A stretch of 64,000 nt of DNA from Cyanobacteriota bacterium (GTDB taxonomy: Bacteria; Cyanobacteriota; Cyanobacteriia; PCC-6307; Cyanobiaceae): contig JAYKGZ010000107.1 of NCBI GenBank assembly GCA_035284925.1, positions 18,134 to 82,133 of the forward strand. The letters are read 5' to 3'. The notes beneath the pieces are model-generated. The model ran no database searches. It saw nothing but the letters and a program-made list of their open reading frames with translations, and was not told the origin of the DNA. A program made the translations under genes and the position numbers. The number at the start of each line of letters is the position of its first letter. Position 1 is the stretch's first letter. Positions 24,616 to 34,998 of this stretch are shown here, piece after piece.

Positions 24616-27600
24616 TCAGGCGCTGAAATACCGCGCTCTGCTGTGGACAGCCACCAGGGCTGTTGTGCTCTGCTCGGGTTCCAGCTGGTCGCTCTCGTCC
24701 ATGGAGAGACCGATGCGTTCGGTTCCCAGCCACCTCAGCTGCTGGCGCGAATCGGCGACATTGGGGCAGGCCGGGTAACCGAAGGAATAGCGACTGCCGC
24801 GGTAGCGCTGAGCCAGAACGTCGCGAAGAGAGAGGTCCGCCGGATCAGCAAAGCCCAGCTCCCGTCGGATCCGTGCATGGGTCCATTCCGCCAGGGCTTC
24901 GGCCATCTGCACGGCCAACCCATGGAAGTACAGGTAGTCGCTGTAGCGGTCGCCGCGAAAGAGATCCAGCGCAAAGGCCGTGGCGCGTTCGCCCATCGTG
25001 ACGGCCTGCATCGGGAGCACGTCAGCGGGCCGCAGAACTTGAGCCGAGTCCGTGGTGAGATCGCGATAGAAATCGGCGATGCAGTAACGGTTCCCGGAGC
25101 GCTGGCGTGGCAGCTCGAAGCGGCCGAGTTCCCCACCAGCAGCGGAAGGGGGGACAGCAGCAGGCAGGCCTGTGGGGTCGAACACAACCACGGCATTGCC
25201 CTGCCGTCCGCAGGGGAAATATCCATAGGCCACACGCGGCGTGAGCAACTGCTCGTCGATGCAGCGATGAATCCACTGCTGGAGCACCGGCTCGGCCTTC
25301 TCAGCCAGCATGGCCGAGTAGTCGTCTCTGCTCTGACCCTGGGCTTTGCGCAGTTGCCACTGGCCTGCGAACAGGGCGTTGCGGTCGAGATAACCGAACA
25401 CTTCCTGCAGGGGGATCTCCGTCTCGTCCAAAACCTCGCTTCCCCAGAAGGGTGGTGCCGGCGCAGGCTCCTCCGGAACCGACTCCGAGCGGTGCGTGTC
25501 AGCAGGATGCGTGTCGGCGGGTCCTGGTTGTGGCTGATCCGGTGACTCAGACACTGTTGCCTGAACAGGGGCGTCCACGGTTTCTGTGTTGGATTCCGTC
25601 CCCGCCGGCTCCAGCCCCAGGCCGTCGGGGGCTCCAGCCAGAAAACCAAGTGTGTTTTGCCATTGCCCGGCATCTCTGGCCGCCACATAGGCATCCATGA
25701 AGCGCAGATCAGCAAAGGCATCACGGCCATAGAGCACCTGGCCGCGATAGACCTCTCGACAGTCGTTATTGACAAATCGAGGCGTCAGTGCCGCTCCACC
25801 CAGGATCACTGGTACATCGATCCCGGCTTCATTGAAAGCCAGCAGATTGTCTTTCATGAAAGCTGTCGACTTCACCAGAAGCCCGCTCATGGCAATGCAG
25901 TCAGCTTGGTGTTGTCGCTGGGCTTCAATAATGGCCTCAACCGGCTGTTTGATGCCGAGGTTGATCACCTCGTAACCGTTATTGGTGAGAATGATATCGA
26001 CCAGATTCTTGCCAATGTCATGAACATCGCCCTTGACCGTGGCGATCAGGAACTTGGCCTTGGCCGTGCGTGCACCCTCCACCTTCTCCATCAAAGGCTC
26101 GAGGAAAGCCACAGCTGCCTTCATCGTCTCTGCGCTCTGGAGCACGAAGGGAAGTTGCATCTGTCCGGACCCGAACAACTCTCCAACGACCTTCATGCCA
26201 TTCAATAAAAACGTATTGATGATTTCAAGCGGTGGATAAGTGGCCAAGGCCTGATTCAACGCCTCTTCTAGGCCGATGCGCTCCCCGTCGATAATGTGCT
26301 GCTGGAGGCGTTCCTCAATCGGCAGGTCTGCCAGGGAAGGGCCAGAGGCCCTGGCTTCCTTGGCACTGACGCCCTCGAATAGCTTCGTGAGTTCGGTGAG
26401 TGGGTCGTAGCTGCAGATCCCATCCTCAAAACGGCGGTGATCGTGGATCAGATCGCGGCAGACCTGCTGATGTTCGGCACTGATCTTCGCCAAGGGCAGA
26501 ATCTTGGCCGGGCTCACAATGGCTGCATCCATCCCAGCCTCACAACAGTCGTGTAGGAATACCGAGTTGAGAACAATGCGCGCTGCCGGGCTAAGCCCAA
26601 AGCTCACATTGCTGACACCCAGAACCACATGAACGCCAGGCAGATTCTGGCGAATCAATCCAATGGCCTCGACTGTCGCCAAGGCGTTGCGTCGATCTTC
26701 CTCAATGCCTGTTGAGATCGGCAGAGCGAGGGGATCATAGAAAATCTCGTGGGCCGGGATTCCAAATTCCAGCGCGTCACGATAGGCGCGCTGGGCGATG
26801 GCAAACTTCCGCTCAGCTGTGCGGGCCATGCCCTCCTCATCAATGGTGCCGATCACCACGCCAGCCCCATAGTTTCGCGCCAGCTCAAGAACCTTTAGGA
26901 AGCGTTCATCCCCATCCTCGTAATTGGTTGAGTTAAGGATGCATTTGCCACCAGCCACTTTCAGTCCGGCCTCCATCTTCTGCCATTCTGTGGAATCGAG
27001 CATCAGCGGCAGATTCACATTGGTAACAAGCCGACTCACGAGCTCTCGCATGTCCCGCTCGCCGTCCCGCCCTACATAGTCAACGTTGACATCGAGAATG
27101 TGGGCATTTTCCTTCACCTGACCCCGGGCAACGGAAACCAGGCCATCCCAGTCTTCCTCGGCCAAGAGTTCCCTCACCTTTCTGGAACCGCTGGCGTTGA
27201 GGCGTTCACCGATGATCAGAAACGAATTGTCCTGCAAGTAAGGGGTGACGCCATAAATCGAACTGGCAGCAGGTTCATATTGCAATAATGGGCGTGGATC
27301 AACCCAGCCACTGTCAGAGCTGGGAGCCTGCTTGGCATCAGTTCGTCTCACCGGCCGGCTGGCCGGCTTCAGTTCAGCTGCCAGCTCTGCAAGGGCGCCA
27401 ATATGGGCTGGTGTGGTTCCACAGCAGCCACCGATCAGCTGTACGCCAAGATCTTCAACGAAGTGCATCAGCTGCATCTTCATTTCAATGGGCGTCAGTC
27501 TGTAATGGGCTACTCCACCGATATTCTCAGGGAGCCCAGCATTCGGAATGCAGCTCACCACAAAGGGACTGTGCTCGCTCAGATAGCGGATGTGCTCTTT

Positions 27601-28350
27601 CATCTGCTCAGGCCCGGTAGCGCAGTTCAGTCCGAGAACATCAATTCTGAACGGCTCAAGGATCGACACCACTGCGGCGATGTCAGAACCCACCAGCATC
27701 GTGCCTGTGGTTTCCATGGTGACGCTCACCATCACCGGTCGACGCTGGCCAGTGGCATGGAAGGCCTCTTCAATCCCCAGCAGGGCTGCTTTGATCTGCA
27801 GAACGTCCTGACAGGTTTCCACGATGAACAGATCCACATCACCAGCGAGTAATCCCTCCGCTTGTTCGCGGAAGGAGTCTTTCATCGTGTCGAAGTCGAT
27901 ATGGCCGAGGGTCGGTAACTTAGTGGTTGGCCCCATCGAACCGGCAACAAACCGTGGCTTCTCGGCTGTGGAGTAGGCATCTGCCACTTCGCGCGCCAGC
28001 TCTGCTGCTCGCTTGTTGATCGCAAAGGCCTGATCCTGGAGGTCGTATTCGGCCAGCACAATCGAAGCAGCACCGAAGGTGTCTGTCTCGATCACATCGC
28101 AGCCAACTTCCAGAAACTGCCGATGAACGGCTTGAACCGCATCTGGACGGCTGAACACCAGTTGCTCGTTGCAACCCTCCAGAGCCGCTCCACCGAAATC
28201 GTCAGCGGTGAGATTCAGCTGTTGCAAAGACGTACCTGTGGCTCCGTCAAACACAAGGACGGGGCGACCCGGGGAGTGGAGTCTCTCCAGAAAGCCGACC
28301 CGCGGTCCGGTGGCGATCGCCCGATTCCCATCCCTGCTAGCCATCACCAT
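24616..28350 (-). CDS. metH: cobalamin-dependent methionine synthase
   Basis: 1244 aa. Contains the Hcy-methyltransferase N-terminus ([11 protein letters not shown]) and the pterin-binding domain. Also has the B12-binding motif GDVHDIGKN (D-x-H-x2-G) with MSGLL and ILGGAA, plus the C-terminal AdoMet activation domain. Its ATG shares one base with the ilvE stop (TGATG). Confidence 0.97.
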   Translation of the reverse strand: MVMASRDGNRAIATGPRVGFLERLHSPGRPVLVFDGATGTSLQQLNLTADDFGGAALEGCNEQLVFSRPDAVQAVHRQFLEVGCDVIETDTFGAASIVLAEYDLQDQAFAINKRAAELAREVADAYSTAEKPRFVAGSMGPTTKLPTLGHIDFDTMKDSFREQAEGLLAGDVDLFIVETCQDVLQIKAALLGIEEAFHATGQRRPVMVSVTMETTGTMLVGSDIAAVVSILEPFRIDVLGLNCATGPEQMKEHIRYLSEHSPFVVSCIPNAGLPENIGGVAHYRLTPIEMKMQLMHFVEDLGVQLIGGCCGTTPAHIGALAELAAELKPASRPVRRTDAKQAPSSDSGWVDPRPLLQYEPAASSIYGVTPYLQDNSFLIIGERLNASGSRKVRELLAEEDWDGLVSVARGQVKENAHILDVNVDYVGRDGERDMRELVSRLVTNVNLPLMLDSTEWQKMEAGLKVAGGKCILNSTNYEDGDERFLKVLELARNYGAGVVIGTIDEEGMARTAERKFAIAQRAYRDALEFGIPAHEIFYDPLALPISTGIEEDRRNALATVEAIGLIRQNLPGVHVVLGVSNVSFGLSPAARIVLNSVFLHDCCEAGMDAAIVSPAKILPLAKISAEHQQVCRDLIHDHRRFEDGICSYDPLTELTKLFEGVSAKEARASGPSLADLPIEERLQQHIIDGERIGLEEALNQALATYPPLEIINTFLLNGMKVVGELFGSGQMQLPFVLQSAETMKAAVAFLEPLMEKVEGARTAKAKFLIATVKGDVHDIGKNLVDIILTNNGYEVINLGIKQPVEAIIEAQRQHQADCIAMSGLLVKSTAFMKDNLLAFNEAGIDVPVILGGAALTPRFVNNDCREVYRGQVLYGRDAFADLRFMDAYVAARDAGQWQNTLGFLAGAPDGLGLEPAGTESNTETVDAPVQATVSESPDQPQPGPADTHPADTHRSESVPEEPAPAPPFWGSEVLDETEIPLQEVFGYLDRNALFAGQWQLRKAQGQSRDDYSAMLAEKAEPVLQQWIHRCIDEQLLTPRVAYGYFPCGRQGNAVVVFDPTGLPAAVPPSAAGGELGRFELPRQRSGNRYCIADFYRDLTTDSAQVLRPADVLPMQAVTMGERATAFALDLFRGDRYSDYLYFHGLAVQMAEALAEWTHARIRRELGFADPADLSLRDVLAQRYRGSRYSFGYPACPNVADSRQQLRWLGTERIGLSMDESDQLEPEQSTTALVAVHSRARYFSA
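25492..25521 (-). repeat. tandem 15-nt duplication inside the metH interdomain linker
   Basis: gtgcgtgtcagcagg / atgcgtgtcggcggg, 12 of 15 identical. It encodes [10 protein letters not shown]. Confidence 0.7.
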
Positions 28351-29267
28351 CAGCCGTCGAGTCGCACGCGGGTCACCCAGTGGTCATAGGCGGAATCGCG
28401 GCCTTCCGTGATGGCCGTGAGCCGCTCCCGGATCCGGCTCATCACGGGGCGGCTGCCTGGCAGATCCGTGGACTCAACCCGCCGAACCGGGGTGACCTTG
28501 GCAGCTGTGCCACTAAGGAAAACCTCGTCGGCCACAAACAATTCGCTCTTGTCCACGGGGCGTTCGACCAGTGGGATCTGCAGGCCCTGGGCCAGTTCGA
28601 TCACACTGGCCCGGGTGATCCCTTCCAGGATGTCCTGATCCACCCCGGGGGTGATCAAGACGCCATCCCTCACGATGAAGAGATTCATGCCACTGGCTTC
28701 ACTGACCTTGCCCCTGCTGTTCAGCAATAAGGCCTCATCAAAGCCACTTTTCACGGCTTCGGTCTTGGCCAGCGAGCTGGTGATGTAGGCGCCGCTGATC
28801 TTTCCCCGCAAGGGCAGGGACCGATCTTCCTGGCGCGTCCAGGAGCTGATTCTGCAGGAGACACCATCCGGGGAGAGGTAGTCGCCCAGTTCCAGGCCGT
28901 AGATCAGGAAGTCGGTCTCGATGCTGTGCAACCTGGGGGCGATGCCGAGATCGCTTGTGTAGACAAACGGTCGCAGGTACACCGGCCGGCTGGGGCGGTT
29001 GATGCGCAGCAGTTCGGTGATGGCTGCGAGAATCGTGTCCTCGCTCAGCTCAGTCAGCAGCAGCCTGGCGCTCTGGCTCAGGCGACGAGCATGGCGATCG
29101 GCCCGGAACAGCAGGATTTCATCCGGATCCGCCGGGTTCGGTAAGGCTCGCATCCCCCCGAAGGCCCCGGTGCCGTAATGGAGCGCATGGGTGGCTATCG
29201 ACAGCGTGGCCTGCTCGAACGGCACGCATCTGCCACGGAACCAGGCATAGGGAAGGAACTGATGCAT
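28350..29267 (-). CDS. ilvE: branched-chain amino acid aminotransferase
   Basis: Class IV aminotransferase: [40 protein letters not shown]...EASGMNLF...GITR. Start ATG 29267; the track ORF extends 24 codons further. Confidence 0.9.
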   Translation of the reverse strand: MHQFLPYAWFRGRCVPFEQATLSIATHALHYGTGAFGGMRALPNPADPDEILLFRADRHARRLSQSARLLLTELSEDTILAAITELLRINRPSRPVYLRPFVYTSDLGIAPRLHSIETDFLIYGLELGDYLSPDGVSCRISSWTRQEDRSLPLRGKISGAYITSSLAKTEAVKSGFDEALLLNSRGKVSEASGMNLFIVRDGVLITPGVDQDILEGITRASVIELAQGLQIPLVERPVDKSELFVADEVFLSGTAAKVTPVRRVESTDLPGSRPVMSRIRERLTAITEGRDSAYDHWVTRVRLDG

Positions 29268-29333
29268 GGAGAGCGGCCAGGTGGCACTACCGGCAGGCCC
29301 GATCTTCTCACCAGAACCATCAGGATGGATCCC

Positions 29334-32300
29334 ATGCACAGGCTTTCAGCGGTAGCGGGCTGCCCGGATGACCCGGGGTCCTTTGTTGAGCAACCTCCGG
29401 CTCCGGTGCTGCTGCTCAGCAGTGCCGACACCGACCTGGTCGCCCTGGATCGTCTGATCAGCGACGAACCGGAGCTGCTCGGCTGTGAGCTACGAGGGCT
29501 CAATCTGACCTACCTTTCCCATCCGGCTGTTATTGATCATTACCTGGCGAGCACTGCACGTGCCGCCCAGCTGATCGTGGTCCGGCTTCTGGGTGGCCGC
29601 GGTCACTGGAGCTACGGACTGGAAGCCGTTCAGCGCTGGGCTCAGGCCGCCAAGGCTCCGGGTGGTCGAAGGATGCTGCTGGTGCTGGCTGGCACCGAGG
29701 ATGAAGACCGCGCCCTGGCCAGCCTCAGCACCACTGATCCTGAGTTGGTCATCAACCTGGCCGGCTGTTTTCGCCAGGGGGGAACCGCCAACCTGAGACA
29801 GGCGCTCTGCTGTTTCCGCGATCTGATCGGAGGAAGGGAACCGGCCCCACCCACACCGCAGCCGCTGCCCGACCCCCACCCCTGGGACTGGCGCCCGGAT
29901 CCGGGCGGTCGCGTGGGGCTGATTCTTTACCGTGCTCTCTTCCAGGCGTCGGATCTGGCCCTGATGGAGGCCTGCCTGAAGGCTCTCCGGGATCAGGGGC
30001 TGGCACCGCGCGCGCTCTGGGTCAGCGGTCTCCGCGACCCGGCGGTGCAACGCGGTGTGGGCGATCTCCTGGTTCGTGAAGGGGTTGAGCTTGTTCTCTG
30101 CTGCACCGCCTTCGCTTCTGTGCAGGTGGCAGAGGCCGGTCTTGGCTCCCCTTTATGGGAAAGGCTTGGGGTTCCCGTCCTGCAGGTGCTCACCAGCGGA
30201 CGGTCGCGGCAGAGCTGGGCCAGCAGCAGCATCGGACTTGGTCCGACCGAGCTCGGCCTGCAGATTGCCCTTCCGGAACTCGACGGGCGGATCACCACGC
30301 GGATCGGAGCCTTCAAGGAGAGTCCGCTCAGCAGCGAGCGCCTCGCATCCGCCCTGCCGCGTTTTCAACCCGACTACGAGCGGCTGGACTGGATCGCAGA
30401 ACTGGCAGCCCGGTGGATCCGGCTGCGCAGGACACCCACCGGCCAGCGGCGGGTGGCCCTGGTCCTTGCCAACTACCCCAACCGCAACAGCCGGGTTGCC
30501 AATGGCGTGGGCCTCGATACCCCGGCTTCCGTCGCCGCGATGCTTGGCTGGCTCAGCCAGGTGGGTTATTCCCTGGGCGAAGATCTCCCCGGCGATGGTC
30601 AGGTGTTGATCGAGCGCCTGCTCGCGGTGCGCTCAAACGACCCTGAGAGCGGTCATCGACCCCCGCTCGATCATTTGAGCCTTTCGGTCTACAAGCACTG
30701 GTACGCGTCGCTGCCAGCATCCGGTCGTCAGCGACTTGAGAGCGTGTGGGGGGCGCCGGAGTGTGATCGCAGCCTTGAGCCAACAGCTGAGGGTACACCT
30801 GGATTCCCGATCCGAGGACTCCGTTTCGGCACGGTGGCGCTGCTGCTTCAACCCGAGCGGGGGTATGACCAGGACCCCAGTCTCAACTACCACGCGCCTG
30901 ATCTTCCACCCACCCATGCCTACCTCGCCCAGTACCTCTGGCTGCGGCAGTCCTTCGCGTCCGATGTGGTGGTCCATGTGGGCAAACACGGCAATCTGGA
31001 GTGGCTACCCGGCAAAGGTCTGGGACTTTCAGCCAGCTGCTACCCGGAATGGGCCCTGGGCCCTCTGCCCCATCTGTATCCCTTCATCGTGAACGACCCG
31101 GGGGAGGGGAGCCAGGCCAAACGGCGCAGCCAGGCCGTGATCCTCGATCATCTGACGCCGCCTCTCGGCCGGGCAGAACTCCATGGTGAACTCCTGGAGC
31201 TCGAGGGCCTTCTGGATGAGTACTGGGAGGCAGTCCAGCTCGGCGGAGAGCGGGCGAGCCTGCTGCGGGACAGGTTGGCGACCCGCCTGGAATATCTCGA
31301 GCTGCCTGGTGGTAGGGACGAAGGCCTGGAGCGGCGCCTGGAGGCTGCGGATGGATACCTCTGCGAGCTGAAGGAAGCTCAGATCCGCCTTGGTCTGCAT
31401 GTCTATGGACAACTTCCCCAGCCAGCCCTGCTCGGGGAGCTGCTGCAGAGTCTCGCTCGGGCTCCAAGCGCCGATCGTCCAGGCCTGACTCAGGCGCTTG
31501 CCCGCGATCTTGGTCTGGCCCTCGACCCCTGGAGCGACCCCGACGACGGATTGATCGACGCCGGCGATCGAGATCGCCTGGCCGCCCTGGCCCCTGGCAG
31601 CTCGCTTCGGCTGGTGGGGGATGCGGTGGCGGTGCTGGAGCGGATGGCTTCAGGCCTGCTTCAGCCCCTGATCCATGGCGGCGTTGGCAAAACGCCGCCA
31701 TCCCCAACGGGAGCTGGAGCCGCCACCGCCGAGGCCCTTCTGCGTATCCGTGGAGAGCTGCTGCCGCGACTGCTGGCCTGTGCCGAGGCAGAACGGATGG
31801 CACTTCTGCGGGGCCTGGCCGGGGAGCGCATTGCGGCCGGCCCATCAGGGGCTCCGACCAGGGGCCGCCCGGATGTGCTGCCCACTGGCCGGAATTTCTT
31901 CAGCGTGGATCTTCGTGGCCTCCCCACCGAGGCCGCCTGGGATCTGGGTCGCCGCAGTGCTGAACTGCTCCTCGAGCTTCATCTGCTGGATGAAGGAGAC
32001 CATCTTCAACGGATCGCTCTCAGCGTCTGGGGGACGGCGACCATGCGCAACGGGGGCGAGGACATCGCCCAGGCTCTGGCCCTGATGGGGGTCCGACCGG
32101 TCTGGGATGGCCCCACCCGCCGCCTGGTGGATCTGGAGGTGATCAGGCCCGAGTTGCTGGAACGGCCTCGGGTCGATGTCACCCTCCGGATTTCCGGCCT
32201 GTTTCGCGATGCCTTCCCCCAGTTGGTGGGCTGGTTCAATCGGGCCTGCCAGCTGGTGGGAGCGCTCGACGAACCTGCAGATCTCAATCCGTTGGCCGAA

Positions 32301-33071
32301 TCAGCTCGGCGGGAGGGCCACACGGGCCGTGTCTACGGTTCAGCTCCCGGCGCTTATGGTGCCGGCCTCCAGGCCCTGATTGACAGCGGTCATTGGGAGA
32401 CCCGGGAAGACCTGGGGAACGCCTTCCTCACCTGGAGCGCCTGGAGGTATGACAGTGGCAGCAGCGATGGCTCAGGGTGCAGCCCGATCGAGGCTCATGG
32501 AGATCGAACAGGCCTTGAGCAACGGCTAAGGAATGTACAGGTCGTGATGCATAACCAGGACAATCGTGAGCATGACCTGTTCGACTCCGATGATTACTAT
32601 CAGTTCCATGGGGGTTTGTCTGCAGCCGTGCAAACCCTCACGGGACAGGCCCCGTCGATGTGGTTCGGGGATCATTCGCGACACAGTCGCCCCAGAGTTC
32701 ACCGGCTGGAGCGGGAATTCGACAAGGTTCTGCGTTCAAGGCTGCTGAATCCCCGTTGGATCGAAGCGATGCAACGCCATGGGTACAAGGGGGGATTTGA
32801 AATGGCCGCCAGCCTCGACTATCTGTTTGCTTATGACGCAAGCACAGGCCGGGTTCCAGACTGGGGGTATGAAAAAATCGCTGAGGCCTGGCTAGGCGAT
32901 CCGGGGGTCCGCGACTTTCTTCAGCGCTTTAATCCCTGGGCCCTGCGCGACATGGCAGAGCGTCTACTGGAAGCCCATCACAGAGACCTGTGGCAGGGTG
33001 CATCACCACAGCTCCTGGAAGAGCTCCGCGTTATTGTGTTGCAGAGCGAAGCTCAGATTGAAGCCAGATGA
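29334..33071 (+). CDS. cobN: cobaltochelatase subunit CobN
   Basis: About 1245 aa. CobN-type N-terminus (MHRLSAV...VLLLSSADTDL) and the chelatase H/CobN core HVGKHGNLEWLPGKG. The size fits CobN rather than ChlH. Start ATG 29334, or 29325. Confidence 0.9.
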   Translation: MHRLSAVAGCPDDPGSFVEQPPAPVLLLSSADTDLVALDRLISDEPELLGCELRGLNLTYLSHPAVIDHYLASTARAAQLIVVRLLGGRGHWSYGLEAVQRWAQAAKAPGGRRMLLVLAGTEDEDRALASLSTTDPELVINLAGCFRQGGTANLRQALCCFRDLIGGREPAPPTPQPLPDPHPWDWRPDPGGRVGLILYRALFQASDLALMEACLKALRDQGLAPRALWVSGLRDPAVQRGVGDLLVREGVELVLCCTAFASVQVAEAGLGSPLWERLGVPVLQVLTSGRSRQSWASSSIGLGPTELGLQIALPELDGRITTRIGAFKESPLSSERLASALPRFQPDYERLDWIAELAARWIRLRRTPTGQRRVALVLANYPNRNSRVANGVGLDTPASVAAMLGWLSQVGYSLGEDLPGDGQVLIERLLAVRSNDPESGHRPPLDHLSLSVYKHWYASLPASGRQRLESVWGAPECDRSLEPTAEGTPGFPIRGLRFGTVALLLQPERGYDQDPSLNYHAPDLPPTHAYLAQYLWLRQSFASDVVVHVGKHGNLEWLPGKGLGLSASCYPEWALGPLPHLYPFIVNDPGEGSQAKRRSQAVILDHLTPPLGRAELHGELLELEGLLDEYWEAVQLGGERASLLRDRLATRLEYLELPGGRDEGLERRLEAADGYLCELKEAQIRLGLHVYGQLPQPALLGELLQSLARAPSADRPGLTQALARDLGLALDPWSDPDDGLIDAGDRDRLAALAPGSSLRLVGDAVAVLERMASGLLQPLIHGGVGKTPPSPTGAGAATAEALLRIRGELLPRLLACAEAERMALLRGLAGERIAAGPSGAPTRGRPDVLPTGRNFFSVDLRGLPTEAAWDLGRRSAELLLELHLLDEGDHLQRIALSVWGTATMRNGGEDIAQALALMGVRPVWDGPTRRLVDLEVIRPELLERPRVDVTLRISGLFRDAFPQLVGWFNRACQLVGALDEPADLNPLAESARREGHTGRVYGSAPGAYGAGLQALIDSGHWETREDLGNAFLTWSAWRYDSGSSDGSGCSPIEAHGDRTGLEQRLRNVQVVMHNQDNREHDLFDSDDYYQFHGGLSAAVQTLTGQAPSMWFGDHSRHSRPRVHRLEREFDKVLRSRLLNPRWIEAMQRHGYKGGFEMAASLDYLFAYDASTGRVPDWGYEKIAEAWLGDPGVRDFLQRFNPWALRDMAERLLEAHHRDLWQGASPQLLEELRVIVLQSEAQIEAR

Positions 33072-33106
33072 CCGGACCAGGGACGGGTTGATCACTATGG
33101 GAGAGA

Positions 33107-33637
33107 TCAGGAACCGAGATCCTTTACCATCTGCTTGAAGGGGTCAATAGAGCCGGGTTTGGCAGTATTGAGCTGGGAAATCTGCGGCTGTGAGGCTTCC
33201 GAATCAGCGGTTTTTCTGGCAGCGGGACTCACTGGACTGTTCACAGCCACAGCGGAACCCTTTTTGCGTTGATCGAGCTCAGTGGCGGACATCGGCTGGG
33301 CGAAGGTCTTTTTGACTGGCTTCGGAACTCCGCTGTTCAGGGTGGGCTCGACAGTTTTCGGTTCGCTTCCTCCCAGGCCAGGGGTGGCTCGCTTCAGCTC
33401 GGCTTCCATGGAAGCCACTTCCTCCACAAGTTCCTTGTTGCCGGGGCTGCTGGCCGTACCTGGAAACGTATGGCGGATGGTATTCGAGCGCCGCATGAAC
33501 GAAACGTCGCCCAGGCTGCTGGCTGCATCCGGTTCCAGATAGAAGCTTTCCTTCTGCTTGGCAGGCTTCGGCTTGTTCTCAGAACGGTTGGAGCCGGCAC
33601 TGGAACCGGTGCCGAGCAGTCGATCGAACAGACCCAT
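33107..33637 (-). CDS. hypothetical low-complexity (Ser/Pro/Lys-rich) protein
   Basis: 176 aa with ATG 33637. N-terminal MGLFDRLLG, otherwise predicted disordered. Lies in a low-GC patch. No family recognised. Confidence 0.5.
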   Translation of the reverse strand: MGLFDRLLGTGSSAGSNRSENKPKPAKQKESFYLEPDAASSLGDVSFMRRSNTIRHTFPGTASSPGNKELVEEVASMEAELKRATPGLGGSEPKTVEPTLNSGVPKPVKKTFAQPMSATELDQRKKGSAVAVNSPVSPAARKTADSEASQPQISQLNTAKPGSIDPFKQMVKDLGS

Positions 33638-33667
33638 CGAAAGGCATCAGGAACGCGCTGGTCAACA

Positions 33668-34333
33668 TTAGCGGCCGCAGAGGGCAGCACCATGGGTATC
33701 GGTACCGCAACTCAACAGGAGTCCGCGGGACCTCAGCTCAGAAGCGATCGACTCGCAGACATGGGACGTGGGTTGCCAGCGTGGCTTCATCTCGTAGTCA
33801 TACCAGGCCTCTGCCCCATCGAACCCCATCTCGGCAGCGGCACGGATCAGACGGGAAAACGACAGCCGATAGCGCGCGGGATGGGCAAGCAGAGCCAGCC
33901 CCCCGGCGCTGTGGATGGCTGACACCACAGCTTCTGCCCTCAGGCCGTATCCCACCAGCGCACGGCCCCTGAGGTAGGGATCGAGACTCCAGTGATCCTC
34001 ACGGAAGCCGAGGGCCAGAACATGCACGAGACAGCCTTCAAGGACACAACTGATCTCAACCCCACGCCAGAGCACCGGTGTTGATTCCCCACTGGCTCTG
34101 AGCTGTTCAAACCGTTCGGCGATCGGCCTGTAGGCCTCAAGGCTGTGGTGATCGGTCACCGCCAGGTGTTCAAGCCCGAGGTCGATGGCTTGATCGGCCA
34201 CTTCAAGGGGTTTCAACGAGCCATCCGAGCAGTCGGTATGACAGTGAAAATTGAACCTCTCCGGGCAGCTGGCTGCTGTCACCTGTTGCAGCACATCTGC
34301 CAGAGGATGGTTATGGCGCTGAAGTCTGCTCAT
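33668..34333 (-). CDS. PHP-domain metal-dependent phosphoesterase
   Basis: 221 aa. FNFHCHTDCSDGS...HLAVTDHH...GVEIS...AHP...CGTDTHG are the PHP motifs. ATGA overlap with the hemJ stop. Confidence 0.8.
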   Translation of the reverse strand: MSRLQRHNHPLADVLQQVTAASCPERFNFHCHTDCSDGSLKPLEVADQAIDLGLEHLAVTDHHSLEAYRPIAERFEQLRASGESTPVLWRGVEISCVLEGCLVHVLALGFREDHWSLDPYLRGRALVGYGLRAEAVVSAIHSAGGLALLAHPARYRLSFSRLIRAAAEMGFDGAEAWYDYEMKPRWQPTSHVCESIASELRSRGLLLSCGTDTHGAALCGR

Positions 34334-34953
34334 CCCGCTGCTGCCTCAGCGGCCAGACGCTCTGAGCGCAGCCGTCGCCATCGGGCATAGAACTGGATGC
34401 TCGCCGCCATCAGAACCACGAGGGCCACCAGGAACCAGGTGGCGGATGTGGTGGGGAACTGATTCTTGAACACCACCAGCATCACAGCAGCTACCAGGAG
34501 CAGGGTCGGCAGCTCGTTGAGGGCCCGCAGTTGGCGCGGACTCCACTGACAACGACCTGACTGGAGCTGAGCCATCAATCGGTAACAAAGGAGGTGATAG
34601 ATCATCAGGACCAGCACAACCGCGAGCTTGGCGTGCAACCAGCCTTGCTTCAGCCATCCGGGGTTGATCCACAACAGCCCGATGGCACAGGCAACCGCCA
34701 CCACCATCCCTGGAGTGGCAATGATGTTGGCCAGGCGACGCTCCATCAGCCCGTACTGATCCTGAAAGGCGCCACGCACGATTTCATCCATCTCCTCGGC
34801 CTCGCGGTGGTAGATGAAAAGCCGCACCAGATAGAAGAGGCCGGCAAACCACACAACAACCCCCACGATGTGGAGGGATTTGAACCAGAGATAGGCCTCC
34901 GGTGGCAGGCTGAAAGCCAGGAATGGCACAGGGGCAGTCAGGGCTGGGTTCAA
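34330..34953 (-). CDS. hemJ: protoporphyrinogen IX oxidase HemJ
   Basis: 207 aa with a TTG start. Four to five TM helices. YLWFKSLHIVGVVVWFAGLFYLVRLFIYH... and GWLHAKL match the HemJ/UPF0093 family (Slr1790 type). Confidence 0.75.
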   Translation of the reverse strand: MNPALTAPVPFLAFSLPPEAYLWFKSLHIVGVVVWFAGLFYLVRLFIYHREAEEMDEIVRGAFQDQYGLMERRLANIIATPGMVVAVACAIGLLWINPGWLKQGWLHAKLAVVLVLMIYHLLCYRLMAQLQSGRCQWSPRQLRALNELPTLLLVAAVMLVVFKNQFPTTSATWFLVALVVLMAASIQFYARWRRLRSERLAAEAAAG

Positions 34954-34998
34954 GGTAAGGGCTCAGCCGGGGGGGTCAATCCCTCCGGTCGGGAGGGA

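Noticed and set aside
28313-28320. HIP1 palindrome GCGATCGC. I also saw copies near 48233, 60174 and 60495.
   Set aside because: By eye there are only a handful of copies in 64 kb, all inside genes. This is not a repeat array or mobile element. It is consistent with background in marine picocyanobacteria.
29268-29333. A cobalamin riboswitch was expected upstream of cobN or near metH and cobU, and an FMN riboswitch upstream of ribBA (56496-56650).
   Set aside because: The cobN upstream spacer is only about 66 nt. The ribBA spacer shows no B12-box or FMN-element consensus that I can recognise. The three B12-related genes are dispersed and do not form a cluster.
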